The notes beneath the pieces were generated by a model. That model did no database searches and was not told where the DNA came from. It saw nothing but the letters and a program-made list of their open reading frames with translations. From an uncultured Chitinophagales bacterium (GTDB lineage: Bacteria > Bacteroidota > Rhodothermia > Balneolales > HLUCCA01): a DNA stretch of 61,192 nucleotides. The stretch spans positions 1 through 61,192 of the forward strand of contig CAYPOI010000005.1 of assembly GCA_964412365.1 (NCBI GenBank). Reading direction: 5' to 3'. Shown here piece after piece: positions 1 through 10,556 of the stretch (its first letter is position 1; each line of letters opens with the position of its first letter). Made by a program: the position numbers and the translations under genes.

Positions 1-3000
1 GGTTGAGCGTCTAATTTCTGACGGATGGATCCACGACGGACGGTTGCCGATTTCGATGTGTTGAAACTCGTACCAGGACCAAACACAATCGCATATTCCC
101 GATCACTTCCGGAAATCGCAATGGCGGATGCCTGAGCCTGGACGTCCATTCCCGACTCCGAACTCCACGATTTTCCGATCAATTTCGGTGTTGTTGTCGT
201 GTCGTTGGTCACAATCACTCTCAGCCCTTCCACAACCGGATTGTCGTTGTTACCGGCAGTCAACGACATGCGGTTTTCGAGCAGAACCGTTCCGGTCGTC
301 AGGTTGGTCAACGTGAAATAACCAGCGATCACGACTGGATTTCCACCTTCGGTGATGGTCGTATCCCTGAATGTGATGCGGTAGGTATGGTTCGCCTTGA
401 GTGCGCGTGGATCGATGATTGATGCCACAACCGTACCCGTCGCTGGCCCGGCGGTATGTGTGACGACTGGATCTTGCGGACCCACATAACCGGCCGAATT
501 CGCAGTTGGTGTCACTTGAATGACGTTTACACCCGCTGAAATGCTTCCGTCCGGGTTCACCGACAGGTTGATGGGGGATTCCGCAGGTGATATGCCCGCT
601 TGCGCCGCGCCACTGTTATAGGCCACCAGCGCATAATAATAGGTGCGACCGTTGATGACATCCGTATCCACGTAGTAGCGTTGCAAGCCGGTGTCATTTC
701 CAAGGAAAAACTCGATTCCGAAAATATCGATCGGATGGTTGCCCGTGATGCCGTTCTTCAAATCGAACTGTGCGATCGGCGATAGGAATTGCTCCGGTGT
801 GCCACGACCGTCTGTGATTAGTTTCGCATCCAAAAGCGCTGCATCGGTCGCACGGAAAATCTTATATCCTTCGAAATTGAAGGGGTTCGCCCCGATCCGA
901 GCCAAATAGCGATCGAAAACGGATTCAGCGATGTCTTCCCAGTACAAGGTCACATACCCATTTCCTGGCACCGCTTTCGTGGGTGGAGGAGGCGGAGCGA
1001 TGGCAAACTGGTAGTTCGCATCATAGGCATTGAAGGCTTGCGCAAGTTGCTGTTCGACCAACGCGACAGACGCGTTATTCGATGAATTCGATGCCGCGAT
1101 GGAAATCGCGATGGCGAATCGTTCGATCGCTCCACGCTGAAGTGGGAAGAAACCAGACGTGACGAACTGATCCGAATCCTGGGTGGCATCGGGTGCGGCG
1201 GAAAACACACCGGGTACGAAGTGCCTGCGCCAGATATCCTCATCCGGACCATTCAGATTCAATCCACCTGCCGGACGGAATGTCGCGGCTGTGATCCCGA
1301 TCGCATCGGTTTCACGTACGTCGGTTTTATCGATGCTTGATTCACCGGGGAATGGGGAGAAGGCACCGGATGTAGGGTATCCGTCACTTTCACCTCGGTC
1401 GCCGGTCAACTCCACCCCATCCAAGCCCACATCATCTGCGGCGGCGCGCCAATCCAGGTTGTTATCGAAGAAATCATCACGAGATTCATCCACCATCGGC
1501 GATTGCGTCTTCGCATTGATGAAAAAGTCATTGAAATAAGAGGCGTCGAATGTACCGGTGTACAGATTTCGGAGCATGGTCTGATACGCTTCGATGTCGG
1601 TGCGGAACGCCGCGTCGGTCGTCATCTTCTCTCGAATCCATGAATTAGGGACCAAGAGTCCGCGTTGGATCGTATCGGAGTGGACAATGGATGTCGTATT
1701 GATCGACATTCCCGTGTAGAACCCATTCCACAGGTAATTGACAAATCGTACCGGACGTGTCACTTCCGTTCCGCGAATAAATCGACTCAACGTGAGGTGG
1801 TTGGGCTGATTCTCATCAATCAAGCCATCCATGTCGTCATCCAATAAGTTCAAATGTCGACCCAACAGAGTGTCTTCTTTCACGACAAGTCCGTTCGGTG
1901 GCAATTTCAAAACGCGTCCTTGCGACATCACCTGAAGGGTATCAGTCAGTCCGGTAGGATACGTGGTCAATACTCGGTTTCCGTTCTCATCGATCAGCAC
2001 AATCCGACTTCCAGGAGAAATGGTTCGTTCGCTGAAATCGGACGCTAAGAACAAGGGCATCACCTCATTCAAGACAACGGAACGAGTGTCGAAGAAGCCT
2101 CCGTTGGCTGTGATCAATGGATTGATGAGGTCGGCATTCCGAATATCATATAACGCGGATTCTTGGATGTAGAAATCGGCATCCCCATCATTGTCAATTC
2201 CATCGATGGCATTACCCGGTGTTTCCAAGAAACGCACTCCGGCCACACCGATCTGCGTGCCGTTGAATTCAGGGGGGGATGCGGTTGGACGTGAATCAGA
2301 GAAGAATGCGGTAGCGCGTTGTTGATCGAAAAATGGACGGTCGTCTTGCGGAGTACCTACCCAGTCTGCGATCCAGAGCATGAAAGAGGCTTTATCATAA
2401 TTGAAGCTCGCATCATTTCGGACCTCATAAATCGCAAAGTGGACGTTGCTGATGAGGCGCTGGGTCCAGGCCAATGTCCGTGAATCCACGATCAAACCCA
2501 ATCCACCACGGGTCGGATCGGTAGCATCCGGACGATATTGGGTGCTTGGATTGTTCAAATAACGAGTGTACAGATCATCACCGGCCCGATAGTAGAATTC
2601 CTGATCGGCATTGAAGATGTCTTTGCCAAAGAATCCGTTCCAGCTGTCTACCCAACCCGGATCACCGGCATCGGCCATCTTGTCTGGCCAGAACGAAGGC
2701 CAGGTATTGCCAAGCGGAGAGCCGGGTCCACGATCGCTACGTGCGATTTCAGGTGAATTCTCGTTGAAGTACCCGTTCACCGGGTTCAAGGCCCAGCTTA
2801 CACCGGTTTGGGGATTGGTTCGGAAGTTCGGTGCGATCACAATCGGGAAACGAGGCGTGGCCGAACCAGGTGCTTGGTTGATGACTTCCGCACCGATGAA
2901 CGCCGCCACGAAATAGATGTACTGGCGGTTCGTATTTTTGGGAAACTCATAGTAGAGCTCATCCCGGTTCGCACCGTTGGAAACCCCTTGATGACCGAAG

Positions 3001-3170
3001 TTGTGATAAGTCGCCCGAACGTTGTTCGCATCCAAAATCGATTTGCGTCGATTCTCGAACCTGGACCGCTCTTGGCTGGGTTGATTGCTTCCCTGCGCCA
3101 TGAGGATGGATTCCGGCAGGAAGCTCCATCCCAACAACACAAGTAATAAGAGGTTTGAAATCCGTTTCAT
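1..3170 (-). CDS. large secreted protein of unknown function (5' end complete, 3' end runs off the window; more than 1056 aa)
   Basis: This gene is absent from the ORF track because it has no stop codon inside the window. Hand translation of the minus strand from ATG 3170-3168 stays open to position 1. I re-checked the frame at 59-3 (TSKSATVRRGSIRQKLDAQ). It starts MKRISNLLLLVLLGWSFLPESILMAQG, a signal peptide. It has Asp-rich Ca-binding-like loops: AIDGIDNDGDADFY at 2169-2210 and LLDDDMDGLIDEN at 1809-1847. A PPPPP linker is followed by an Fn3-like stretch (GNGYVTLYWEDI...FEGYKIFRATD). The listed plus-strand ORFs here are short antisense artefacts. Confidence 0.8.
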   Translation of the reverse strand, partial: MKRISNLLLLVLLGWSFLPESILMAQGSNQPSQERSRFENRRKSILDANNVRATYHNFGHQGVSNGANRDELYYEFPKNTNRQYIYFVAAFIGAEVINQAPGSATPRFPIVIAPNFRTNPQTGVSWALNPVNGYFNENSPEIARSDRGPGSPLGNTWPSFWPDKMADAGDPGWVDSWNGFFGKDIFNADQEFYYRAGDDLYTRYLNNPSTQYRPDATDPTRGGLGLIVDSRTLAWTQRLISNVHFAIYEVRNDASFNYDKASFMLWIADWVGTPQDDRPFFDQQRATAFFSDSRPTASPPEFNGTQIGVAGVRFLETPGNAIDGIDNDGDADFYIQESALYDIRNADLINPLITANGGFFDTRSVVLNEVMPLFLASDFSERTISPGSRIVLIDENGNRVLTTYPTGLTDTLQVMSQGRVLKLPPNGLVVKEDTLLGRHLNLLDDDMDGLIDENQPNHLTLSRFIRGTEVTRPVRFVNYLWNGFYTGMSINTTSIVHSDTIQRGLLVPNSWIREKMTTDAAFRTDIEAYQTMLRNLYTGTFDASYFNDFFINAKTQSPMVDESRDDFFDNNLDWRAAADDVGLDGVELTGDRGESDGYPTSGAFSPFPGESSIDKTDVRETDAIGITAATFRPAGGLNLNGPDEDIWRRHFVPGVFSAAPDATQDSDQFVTSGFFPLQRGAIERFAIAISIAASNSSNNASVALVEQQLAQAFNAYDANYQFAIAPPPPPTKAVPGNGYVTLYWEDIAESVFDRYLARIGANPFNFEGYKIFRATDAALLDAKLITDGRGTPEQFLSPIAQFDLKNGITGNHPIDIFGIEFFLGNDTGLQRYYVDTDVINGRTYYYALVAYNSGAAQAGISPAESPINLSVNPDGSISAGVNVIQVTPTANSAGYVGPQDPVVTHTAGPATGTVVASIIDPRALKANHTYRITFRDTTITEGGNPVVIAGYFTLTNLTTGTVLLENRMSLTAGNNDNPVVEGLRVIVTNDTTTTPKLIGKSWSSESGMDVQAQASAIAISGSDREYAIVFGPGTSFNTSKSATVRRGSIRQKLDAQ

Positions 3171-3192
3171 CCGTTTGAGATACATGGGTTAA

Positions 3193-6096
3193 TCAAAATC
3201 CGAAGGAGAATCCGAGTTGCACACGGCGAGGTTCGCTGTATGCGGTCGGGTTTTCGTAAAACAAGTCTTCAACCACAGCCGGACGCGACACTGGCAATGG
3301 TCCGCTCGGCACGCCCGAATCGGTATAAACAAAGTTCACATTCCGGGTATCCAACAAGTTGTAGATGTTCAGGAAGGTGCGAAGCGTGGTTCCACCAATG
3401 TTGATGTTCTTGTACAAGTTGAGGTCGAGGCTGAAAATGAATGGCATCCGCGAGCTGTTCGTGATCACATCCCGCGAAGCGGATACTCCGGTTTGAGCCG
3501 GAATCGGGCTGCTCGGCGTGTAAGGCAAGCCGGATGAGAACCGTTGAAGGATGTTGAAGCCCCAGTCGTTGCCTGTGTAGAAGAGCGATGAGTTGAACAC
3601 ATGGCTTCGATCCCAGTTGGATGGGGTCAGGAATTTGGACACGGCCGCGCCGGTGGTATCGCCTCTGGATACGTTCGCAAAGAACTCAGACGCCGGATCC
3701 GAGTTGGAATCCTCGGCAATGGAGAAGGTGTAATCGAACCCGATGTTCACACGGTTGGATACGCGTTGGTTCAGGGCTACTGTCAAACCACGGATGTTCG
3801 CATAATCGCGGTTCACCCAGGTTCCATACCGCACGGTCGGGTTGGCGGTGTTGTTGAACGGTCCGGATGACACATAATCCCGCTTATCCTCATAAAATGC
3901 GGTCACATCCAAGCCCACGCCTTCATAAATCTCCTGCTTCAGACCGATTTCATATTTGATACTTCGCTCCGGATTCAGGTTCGGGTTTCCGAACACACCT
4001 TGCACACCGGATGTCTGTTGCAGCAACAATTGCTCGCCGTTGTACATCCGGTTGTAGTCGGGAATCTGGAAAAAATACCCATAGGAGAAGTGGATGACCC
4101 CTCTGGAACTGATGGGGTATGCCACACCGAACCGAGGCGATAAGGCGAATTTGGCATCGGCTGATTTCCAAAAATTGGCAGGACGATCGGCGTAAGGCAA
4201 GAAGAGAGCCGGATCTTCGCTGTTCACAGGAACACGTCCGTTCGAACGGAAATAATCAAAACGAATGCCAGCATTGATGATCAGATCCTCGTATTCCATC
4301 TTGTCTTGGATGTACGCTGCGATGAGAAGCGGTTTGCGGGTCCATTTTTCGTGACCGGGCGTGTTCGCGATGGGAACACCCAACTCGAGGCGTGCAGCCA
4401 GTTCGGGGTCCAAATCCGGAGGTAGCACGATGTTCGGACCCACATTCAGCGGTTGCAGTCCGAAATTGCTATAGGTCATGATGTCGGCCTGCAATTCCAA
4501 TCCGGCCTTCACGAAGTTCTGATTGTTAACTTGGCTTGAGATTTCCACTTTCGCCACATAACTGCGGGTGGACCGCTCGAAAAAGCCATTATCGGTACCG
4601 AAACGGCCGAATTGCCCGGTCACGCCACCTTGATTCGCACCGAAACTACCCACTCGGTCATAATTCAGATATCGCTGATCTTACGGACTGTTGTAGAGCG
4701 AGAATTTAGATGCGTTGTACCGGGTGGCCAGGTTTGTGGAAATGAACGTGGTAGCCGATGGCGTATAGGTCGATTTGAAGTTCAGATAATAGTTGTCGCG
4801 TTTGCTGGTTCCACGCCCGTTCGGCACGAGGCGACGTCCATGATCATACCCTTGGCTGGTTTCCCGACCATAGTTGCCGATCAGGTTCAGGCGAATGGAT
4901 TGCGTCATGTTGTACTGAAGGTTGGCCTGACCACTCCAGCTGTTGTAGGGCGTCATCGCCACCAAGCTGCTGTCACGGAATCCCAGATCACGATATCGGA
5001 TATAATTCACACCGCCGATGCTCACCGTTTCCGCCAGCTCATACCATGGCAAACTGAAATCGATCACATCCCCATAATTGTTCACCGGGTTCGATTCAGG
5101 AACTTCGTTGTACCCTCGCTCCCAGCGGTAGGTCACTTGGTCTTCGTTCAGCTCCGGAAGAATGGGTCCGCGAGGCGAATACGCGTTGTATCCATACAAG
5201 TATCCATTGTTCTGAAACCGACGAGCCGTGACGAACAGGGTCACTTTGTCTTTAATGATGGGACCCGACACATTTCCCTCAATATTGAACATTTGCCACG
5301 GATTGGCTTCCGTGAGGGTTGCCGGTGTGCCGTTGAACAAGCGTTGGTTGGATGTGCCGTAATCACCGCCCCAGACATTCACATACGACTGCCAGGTGTT
5401 GGTGCCCGAACGGCTCACGATGTTCACAATACCCGACATCGCTTGACCGAATTCCGCATTGAAGGTTCCCGATACGACCTGAAGTTCCTCAATGGCTCCA
5501 TTCTCCACACGAAGACCCGAGCTACGGTCGTAATCATCCGTCACGCGAACGCCATCCACGATATACGCCACTTCGGACGCGCGACCGCCGCGAATGTGGA
5601 TCGAACCTCCGGGTCCGACCGTCACACCGGCTTGAAGAGAAATGATGTCCGACACTTCTTGCACCGGCAATTTTTCGATCTGATCGCGACTCACACGCGA
5701 TTCCGAGCTGGTCAAATCTTTGATGATCACTTCACGTGATGCTTGAACCACGACTTCTTGGCCTTGAAACGCTTCCAGTGCCAGTTCGACATCCAAATCC
5801 GTGTTCAAATCGGTTCTCACCAACACGTTTTCAACGATCCGTGTGGAATAGCCCACGTAGCGAAACTCAAGACTGTACGTACCCGGACGCACATTCAAAA
5901 TCCGGTAGTTCCCATCGATGTCGGCCGATGCGCCTTGGGATGTGCCCTGAATCAAAACCGTCGCACCAATGAGCGGCTCGTTGGTGCCGGCTTCCAGGAT
6001 GCGTCCCTGAATCCGGCCGGTCTGGGCCTGCGCACCCATCGCCCCGACAAGGAGAATCACGAGCACGATGCTGAGTCTAGTTGTAGTCATCATCAC
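3193..6096 (-). pseudogene. Oar-like TonB-dependent receptor (about 966 aa) interrupted by one in-frame TAA at 4681-4683
   Basis: ORF 4681-6096 has a signal peptide (MMMTTTRLSIVLVILLVGAMGAQAQ). It has a CarboxypepD_reg-like domain (GRIQGRILEAGTNEPLIGATVLIQG...GTYSLEFRYVGY) and a plug (IEKLPVQEVSDIISLQAGV, IHIRGGRASEVAYIVDGVRV). ORF 3193-4653 is the rest of the barrel and ends RRVQLGFSFGF. Both ORFs are in the same frame (4683-4653=30). Read through, the junction is KFSLYNSP-TAA-DQRYLNYDRVGSFGANQGG. The M at 4653 in the ORF track is a GTG. Confidence 0.8.
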
Positions 6097-7778
6097 AGTT
6101 CAAACGTTATGGAATTGAGTTTTTCTAAATCGATGGTGGCGTTGTACCGAGTGCGGCCCTCGGCGACGATAGCCGAGCGCAATTGCTCTTTGCGCACCTG
6201 TTCGAGGCGCTCACGGATCACCGGAACCGCCTCGCCGAACGTCATCTGACGGGCTTCACGACGCCCTAACACACGGAAAATCACGAAACGGTTGGTTTCG
6301 AGTTGAAACGGACCCCGGATCTCGCCCACTTTCGAATCATGCAGACGGGTTTGAATCGCCCCGAAATACGTGATGGGGATGAACCCCAGCTCGCCATTGC
6401 GATCTTTGGATTCCAGACTGAGTCCGTGGCGGCGCAACAGGTTTCTGAAATCGGCCCCCGCACGCAATTGGGTGGCCACATCTTCGGCCAATGTGGAATC
6501 GGTCACCATCAGTTCCGCGAAATTCATTTCCAACGGATGGATGTAGCTTGAATGATTGCGGTTCCATTCGGCTTGGATCTCATCCTCACTCAAGACCACA
6601 TCTTTGGCGATTTGCTGTTCGAATCGTTCGAACAAATAGCTGTAGAACGTTTCGTCGATCGCGGCCTGCACATACTCTTTGTCCAGGCTCGGGTGGAACT
6701 GGATCACATCCAGCGCATAGTTCCGATACGCCATGGCCTGAACCTGCTCCTTGAAATCAGAATAAGTCTGAGCCGAGGCCCGACGATCGGGCGCCGTATA
6801 CCACGCTTCCGCCATCCATTCGCCCACGGTGAACTCGAACGGACCGTCTTTGGCGATGACCTTCGCACGAAACGCATCGTCGTATGGCATTGCGATTTCG
6901 GTCAACTCCGGCGCATGCTGAGTATAGACAGTGGGTGATTTGCGGATGTCGTTCCAAACTTGGCGCATCACGGCTTCATCAAAGGAAAAACGTGAGATAT
7001 GATGATCCAGATCGGCGCGGGTGGCCAATTCTCGTTTCTGCTCCAAGGCAAGGGGTGTCAGATCCGCTTTCTTTTCTGCGAATTGGATTTCGGTGAGCAA
7101 GGGCACCGTGATTCGATCGGTCAGTTTGATGATGGAATACCCGGTGGATGTGGCCACGGGCTTGGAAATGTCGCCGACGTCCATGGCGTAGGCCGCAGCT
7201 TCGAAACCGAGATCCATCTCATCGACCGTGAAATAACCCAGATCTCCACCTGTGGTTGCGAGATCGGTCGACTTGAAGCGGGCTTTGGCAAGAGCCTCGA
7301 ACGAAGCGCCGGCTTGGAGAAGGTTGTAGAGGGAATCGGCTTCAGCCCGTGTGCGTGCATGCAGATGCGAGGCGCGAAGGGATGTGTTGAAGCGAAGGAA
7401 GAGCTCGCGAAGATCGGCATCTCCCACCTGAACCCGATCATGAATGAATCGACGCTGATATTCCTCCATCATGGCCTTGCGTTCGATCTGGGCTTTGGCA
7501 TAGATGGCATCCGAATCGGAGGCCCATCCGCGTTCGCGTGCGATCTCGACGATGGTGTACCGCTCGATGCGGGAATTCACGACAGCCAGCCTCACCTCTT
7601 CGTTCAGATTCACGGCTTGTCCTGTGCGCATGTAGAACCGCCTCAGCTGGTTTTCCATGTGCCGGTCGGATATCGTGAACTGCCCCACGCTCGCCACGAC
7701 CGATTCCGACTCGGGCTTGTCGCAAGCGACGGCCAACGTCAGAATAGCTAAACTGATAAAGAGGAGTCGATTCGACAT
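6093..7778 (-). CDS. PpiC/parvulin-type peptidyl-prolyl isomerase lipoprotein (SurA/PpiD-like)
   Basis: It has a lipoprotein signal, MSNRLLFISLAILTLAVAC. It has two parvulin-like segments: GGDLGYFTVDEMDLGFEAAAYAMDVGDISKPVATSTGYSIIKL and NGELGFIPITYFGAIQTRLHDSKVGEIRGPFQLETNRFVIFRV. Its stop overlaps the ATG of the downstream receptor (ATGA). Confidence 0.8.
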   Translation of the reverse strand: MSNRLLFISLAILTLAVACDKPESESVVASVGQFTISDRHMENQLRRFYMRTGQAVNLNEEVRLAVVNSRIERYTIVEIARERGWASDSDAIYAKAQIERKAMMEEYQRRFIHDRVQVGDADLRELFLRFNTSLRASHLHARTRAEADSLYNLLQAGASFEALAKARFKSTDLATTGGDLGYFTVDEMDLGFEAAAYAMDVGDISKPVATSTGYSIIKLTDRITVPLLTEIQFAEKKADLTPLALEQKRELATRADLDHHISRFSFDEAVMRQVWNDIRKSPTVYTQHAPELTEIAMPYDDAFRAKVIAKDGPFEFTVGEWMAEAWYTAPDRRASAQTYSDFKEQVQAMAYRNYALDVIQFHPSLDKEYVQAAIDETFYSYLFERFEQQIAKDVVLSEDEIQAEWNRNHSSYIHPLEMNFAELMVTDSTLAEDVATQLRAGADFRNLLRRHGLSLESKDRNGELGFIPITYFGAIQTRLHDSKVGEIRGPFQLETNRFVIFRVLGRREARQMTFGEAVPVIRERLEQVRKEQLRSAIVAEGRTRYNATIDLEKLNSITFEL

Positions 7779-7891
7779 GCCGCTTTCAAAAGGTGATCCG
7801 GGTGAACGGAAATGGTCAACTCTTGAAAATAGTGAAAGCGCTTACATTGTCAAATACTTTTTGCGAATTTTCCCCCAAAAAAGCGGTTACA

Positions 7892-9106
7892 TCACGCGTT
7901 GACGCCGTATCGCTTCATGATGTAGTCGTCTAACATGCGCTTGAAGTCACGACCAATATGATCCCCTTGTAGTGTAATCACATGCTGCCCGTCGACATAC
8001 ACTGGGGCCTTGGGTTCTTCGAAGGTTCCGGGCAATGAGATGCCGATATTGGCGTGCTTCGATTCGCCCGGACCATTTACGACACAGCCCATCACGGCCA
8101 CTTGAAGATCTTCGACACCGGGGTAGACTTGACGCCAGACCGGCATCGTGTCACGGAGGTAGGTCTGGATTTCATCGGCCAATTGCTGGAAGTAGGTGCT
8201 CTTGGTCCGGCCGCATCCCGGACACGCCGTCACTTGCGGCATGAAATTCCGGATCCCCAATGACTGCAGGACTTGTTGCGCCACTCGCACTTCCTCGGCA
8301 CGGTCGCCGCCTGGCATCGGAGTCAGCGAAACGCGGATGGTATCGCCGATGCCTTCATTCAACAATACGCCTAAAGCCGACGCACTTGCCACAACCCCCT
8401 TCATGCCCATGCCGGCTTCCGTCAAGCCCAGATGCAAGGGATACGGGATGAGCATCGACATGCGGCGATACACCGTGATCAAATCTTGAACGCCCGAAAT
8501 CTTGCAACTCACAATGATTTTGTCTGATGCCAAGCCCACATCCTCAGCTAGTTTGCTCGAACGTACCGCACTTTCAAGCATGGTATCGATCATCACTTCT
8601 TTACTGGATTTCGGCTCGGGCATCGCGTTATTGAAATCCATTTTCTCAGCGAGCAGCTGCTGATCCAGCGATCCCCAGTTCACCCCGATCCGCACCGGCT
8701 TGTCGTGCTTGATGGCCTGTTCAACGATGGTGCAAAAGTTCTTGTCGCGCGTCTTGGTACCGGTATTGCCCGGATTGATGCGGTATTTGCTCAATGCGGC
8801 GGCACAATCCGGAAATTCGGTGAGCAGCACGTGTCCGTTGTAATGAAAATCGCCGATCACAGGCACTTCCACATTCCGCTTATCCAATTTTTCCATGATA
8901 TGAGGCACCGCGGCGGCGGCCTCCTTGTTGTTCACGGTGATGCGGACCAATTCCGATCCCGCATCATGCAACTGGATGATCTGTTCTACGGTTTCGTTGA
9001 TGTCGGCTGTGTCGGTGTTCGTCATGGACTGTACCACGATCTGCGAACGTCCGCCAACCGTCACACCACCAACATTTACAGGAATGCTTTCACGACGGGA
9101 TAACAT
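7892..9106 (-). CDS. ispG: 4-hydroxy-3-methylbut-2-en-1-yl diphosphate synthase
   Basis: A 404-aa ORF with an ATG start. Diagnostic motifs are [10 protein letters not shown] and [14 protein letters not shown], plus the N-terminal VGGVTVGG...IVVQSMTNT. Confidence 0.92.
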   Translation of the reverse strand: MLSRRESIPVNVGGVTVGGRSQIVVQSMTNTDTADINETVEQIIQLHDAGSELVRITVNNKEAAAAVPHIMEKLDKRNVEVPVIGDFHYNGHVLLTEFPDCAAALSKYRINPGNTGTKTRDKNFCTIVEQAIKHDKPVRIGVNWGSLDQQLLAEKMDFNNAMPEPKSSKEVMIDTMLESAVRSSKLAEDVGLASDKIIVSCKISGVQDLITVYRRMSMLIPYPLHLGLTEAGMGMKGVVASASALGVLLNEGIGDTIRVSLTPMPGGDRAEEVRVAQQVLQSLGIRNFMPQVTACPGCGRTKSTYFQQLADEIQTYLRDTMPVWRQVYPGVEDLQVAVMGCVVNGPGESKHANIGISLPGTFEEPKAPVYVDGQHVITLQGDHIGRDFKRMLDDYIMKRYGVNA

Positions 9107-9110
9107 GGTC

Positions 9111-9947
9111 TTACGTCTTGGATGAATCGAATAATTTGCGTTTTTCGTCTGCCGTCAGACTGGAATAGCCTTTCTGAGCGATTTTGTCGAGGATGCGGTC
9201 GATTTCGGATTGATCGATTTCTTCGATGATCACTGCGTCGGAAACCGGGCGCATCCGTTTGTTCTTCGGACCTTTCTTCGGGAAATAGGAGCGAATCAAA
9301 GCCGACATCGTTTCAAATCCTCCGTTGGAATACACCCGCATCAGTCCCCATCCCGAAGCAGCTCCACCTAAATGAACGATGCGGGCGATGTTATCATTCG
9401 CGGTGAGAAAGAGGACGTCCAGGGCGATGAGTCCGGCCACGACATACCTTGCCTGAATGGGCGGAAGCAGCAACAGCATGATGGGCGCGGTGGGATAGAG
9501 CATCGCAAAGGCCACCATCACACCGAAAACGGCACCCGATGCGCCCACAGTGGGCAACAACGTGCTCATACCGAAGATGGCGGTGACGATCAGATTGATG
9601 AGTGCGCCACCGACTCCCGCGCCGATGTATAGAATCAGGAAATTTCGTGCCCCGATGGTGGATTCCACGGCTTGACCCATCCACCATAACCAGAGCATGT
9701 TGAACAGGATATGAAATCCGCCGGCATGCAAGAGCATGTAGGTGAACAAACGCCATGGTTGGAGCAGGGAATCGGACCAATGCGGCATGAGTCCGAATGT
9801 AAGAGTGATCCATCGTGAGGCTTCAAGACCACCAAATAACCCTACCAAGGCCTGCAATAGAAAAACAATGAAGGTGGATACGATGATCCAGCGAAGTCCG
9901 GTAGGCAACTGCATCAATCCGCTTCTGATTGAATCAATAAAGCTCAT
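9111..9947 (-). CDS. rhomboid family intramembrane serine protease with a C-terminal soluble extension
   Basis: It has [18 protein letters not shown] and the catalytic GASGAVFG, with a His in HLGGAASGW. The track start at 9971 is a TTG. ATG 9947 overlaps the upstream stop as ATGA, so I prefer that start. Confidence 0.85.
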   Translation of the reverse strand: MSFIDSIRSGLMQLPTGLRWIIVSTFIVFLLQALVGLFGGLEASRWITLTFGLMPHWSDSLLQPWRLFTYMLLHAGGFHILFNMLWLWWMGQAVESTIGARNFLILYIGAGVGGALINLIVTAIFGMSTLLPTVGASGAVFGVMVAFAMLYPTAPIMLLLLPPIQARYVVAGLIALDVLFLTANDNIARIVHLGGAASGWGLMRVYSNGGFETMSALIRSYFPKKGPKNKRMRPVSDAVIIEEIDQSEIDRILDKIAQKGYSSLTADEKRKLFDSSKT

Positions 9948-10555
9948 TCGAGGTTGGTTCGGATGTTCCAATAGCGGATGAGGATGTACCCAGCCACCAT
10001 CCCACCCAAGTGCGCAAAATGCGCCACTCCGGATGCGGTGTACATCACGCCGTTGAAGAGTTCAAACGCGGCGTAGGCCCCGATCAGATACTTCGCTTTG
10101 ACCGGAATCGGTGGAAACAGAAGAACAATGTACCGGTTCGGGAAGATCATGCCGAACGCGAGAAGGATTCCGAACACTCCACCCGATGCACCCAGAACAG
10201 GATTCGAAGAGACGAGCATGTGGATGAGCGCCGCACCGAGCCCGGTGAGCAAATAGTAGATCACGAATCGTTTCGTTCCCCACATGTATTCCAGCGAACT
10301 TCCGAACATCCACAATCCGAACATGTTGAACAGGATGTGGTTGAAATTGGCATGCAGAAACATGTAGGAGATCAACTGCCACGGATAAAAACTCGCTCCT
10401 TCAAGTGGAAGGAACCCGAAGCCGAACACCGCCGGTGGAAACAGGATGAACAAGTTGTTCACGATGTTGCCCACTACAGGCGTCTGCTGCGCGAAAAACA
10501 CCAACGCGTTGATGATGAGGAGATGTTTGACAGCCGGCGGAATGGAGAAATTCAT
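9944..10555 (-). CDS. rhomboid family intramembrane serine protease
   Basis: It has HANFNHILFNMFGLWMFG, GASGGVFG and AHLGGMVAGY. The 203-aa length is typical of a 6-TM core rhomboid. Confidence 0.88.
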   Translation of the reverse strand: MNFSIPPAVKHLLIINALVFFAQQTPVVGNIVNNLFILFPPAVFGFGFLPLEGASFYPWQLISYMFLHANFNHILFNMFGLWMFGSSLEYMWGTKRFVIYYLLTGLGAALIHMLVSSNPVLGASGGVFGILLAFGMIFPNRYIVLLFPPIPVKAKYLIGAYAAFELFNGVMYTASGVAHFAHLGGMVAGYILIRYWNIRTNLE

Positions 10556-10556
10556 G

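Noticed and set aside
4612-5739. A 375-aa plus-strand ORF
   Set aside because: It lies entirely antisense to the TonB-receptor gene. Its composition is Arg/His/Val-rich and low-complexity, with no recognisable motif. It is a typical shadow ORF opposite a strongly supported gene.
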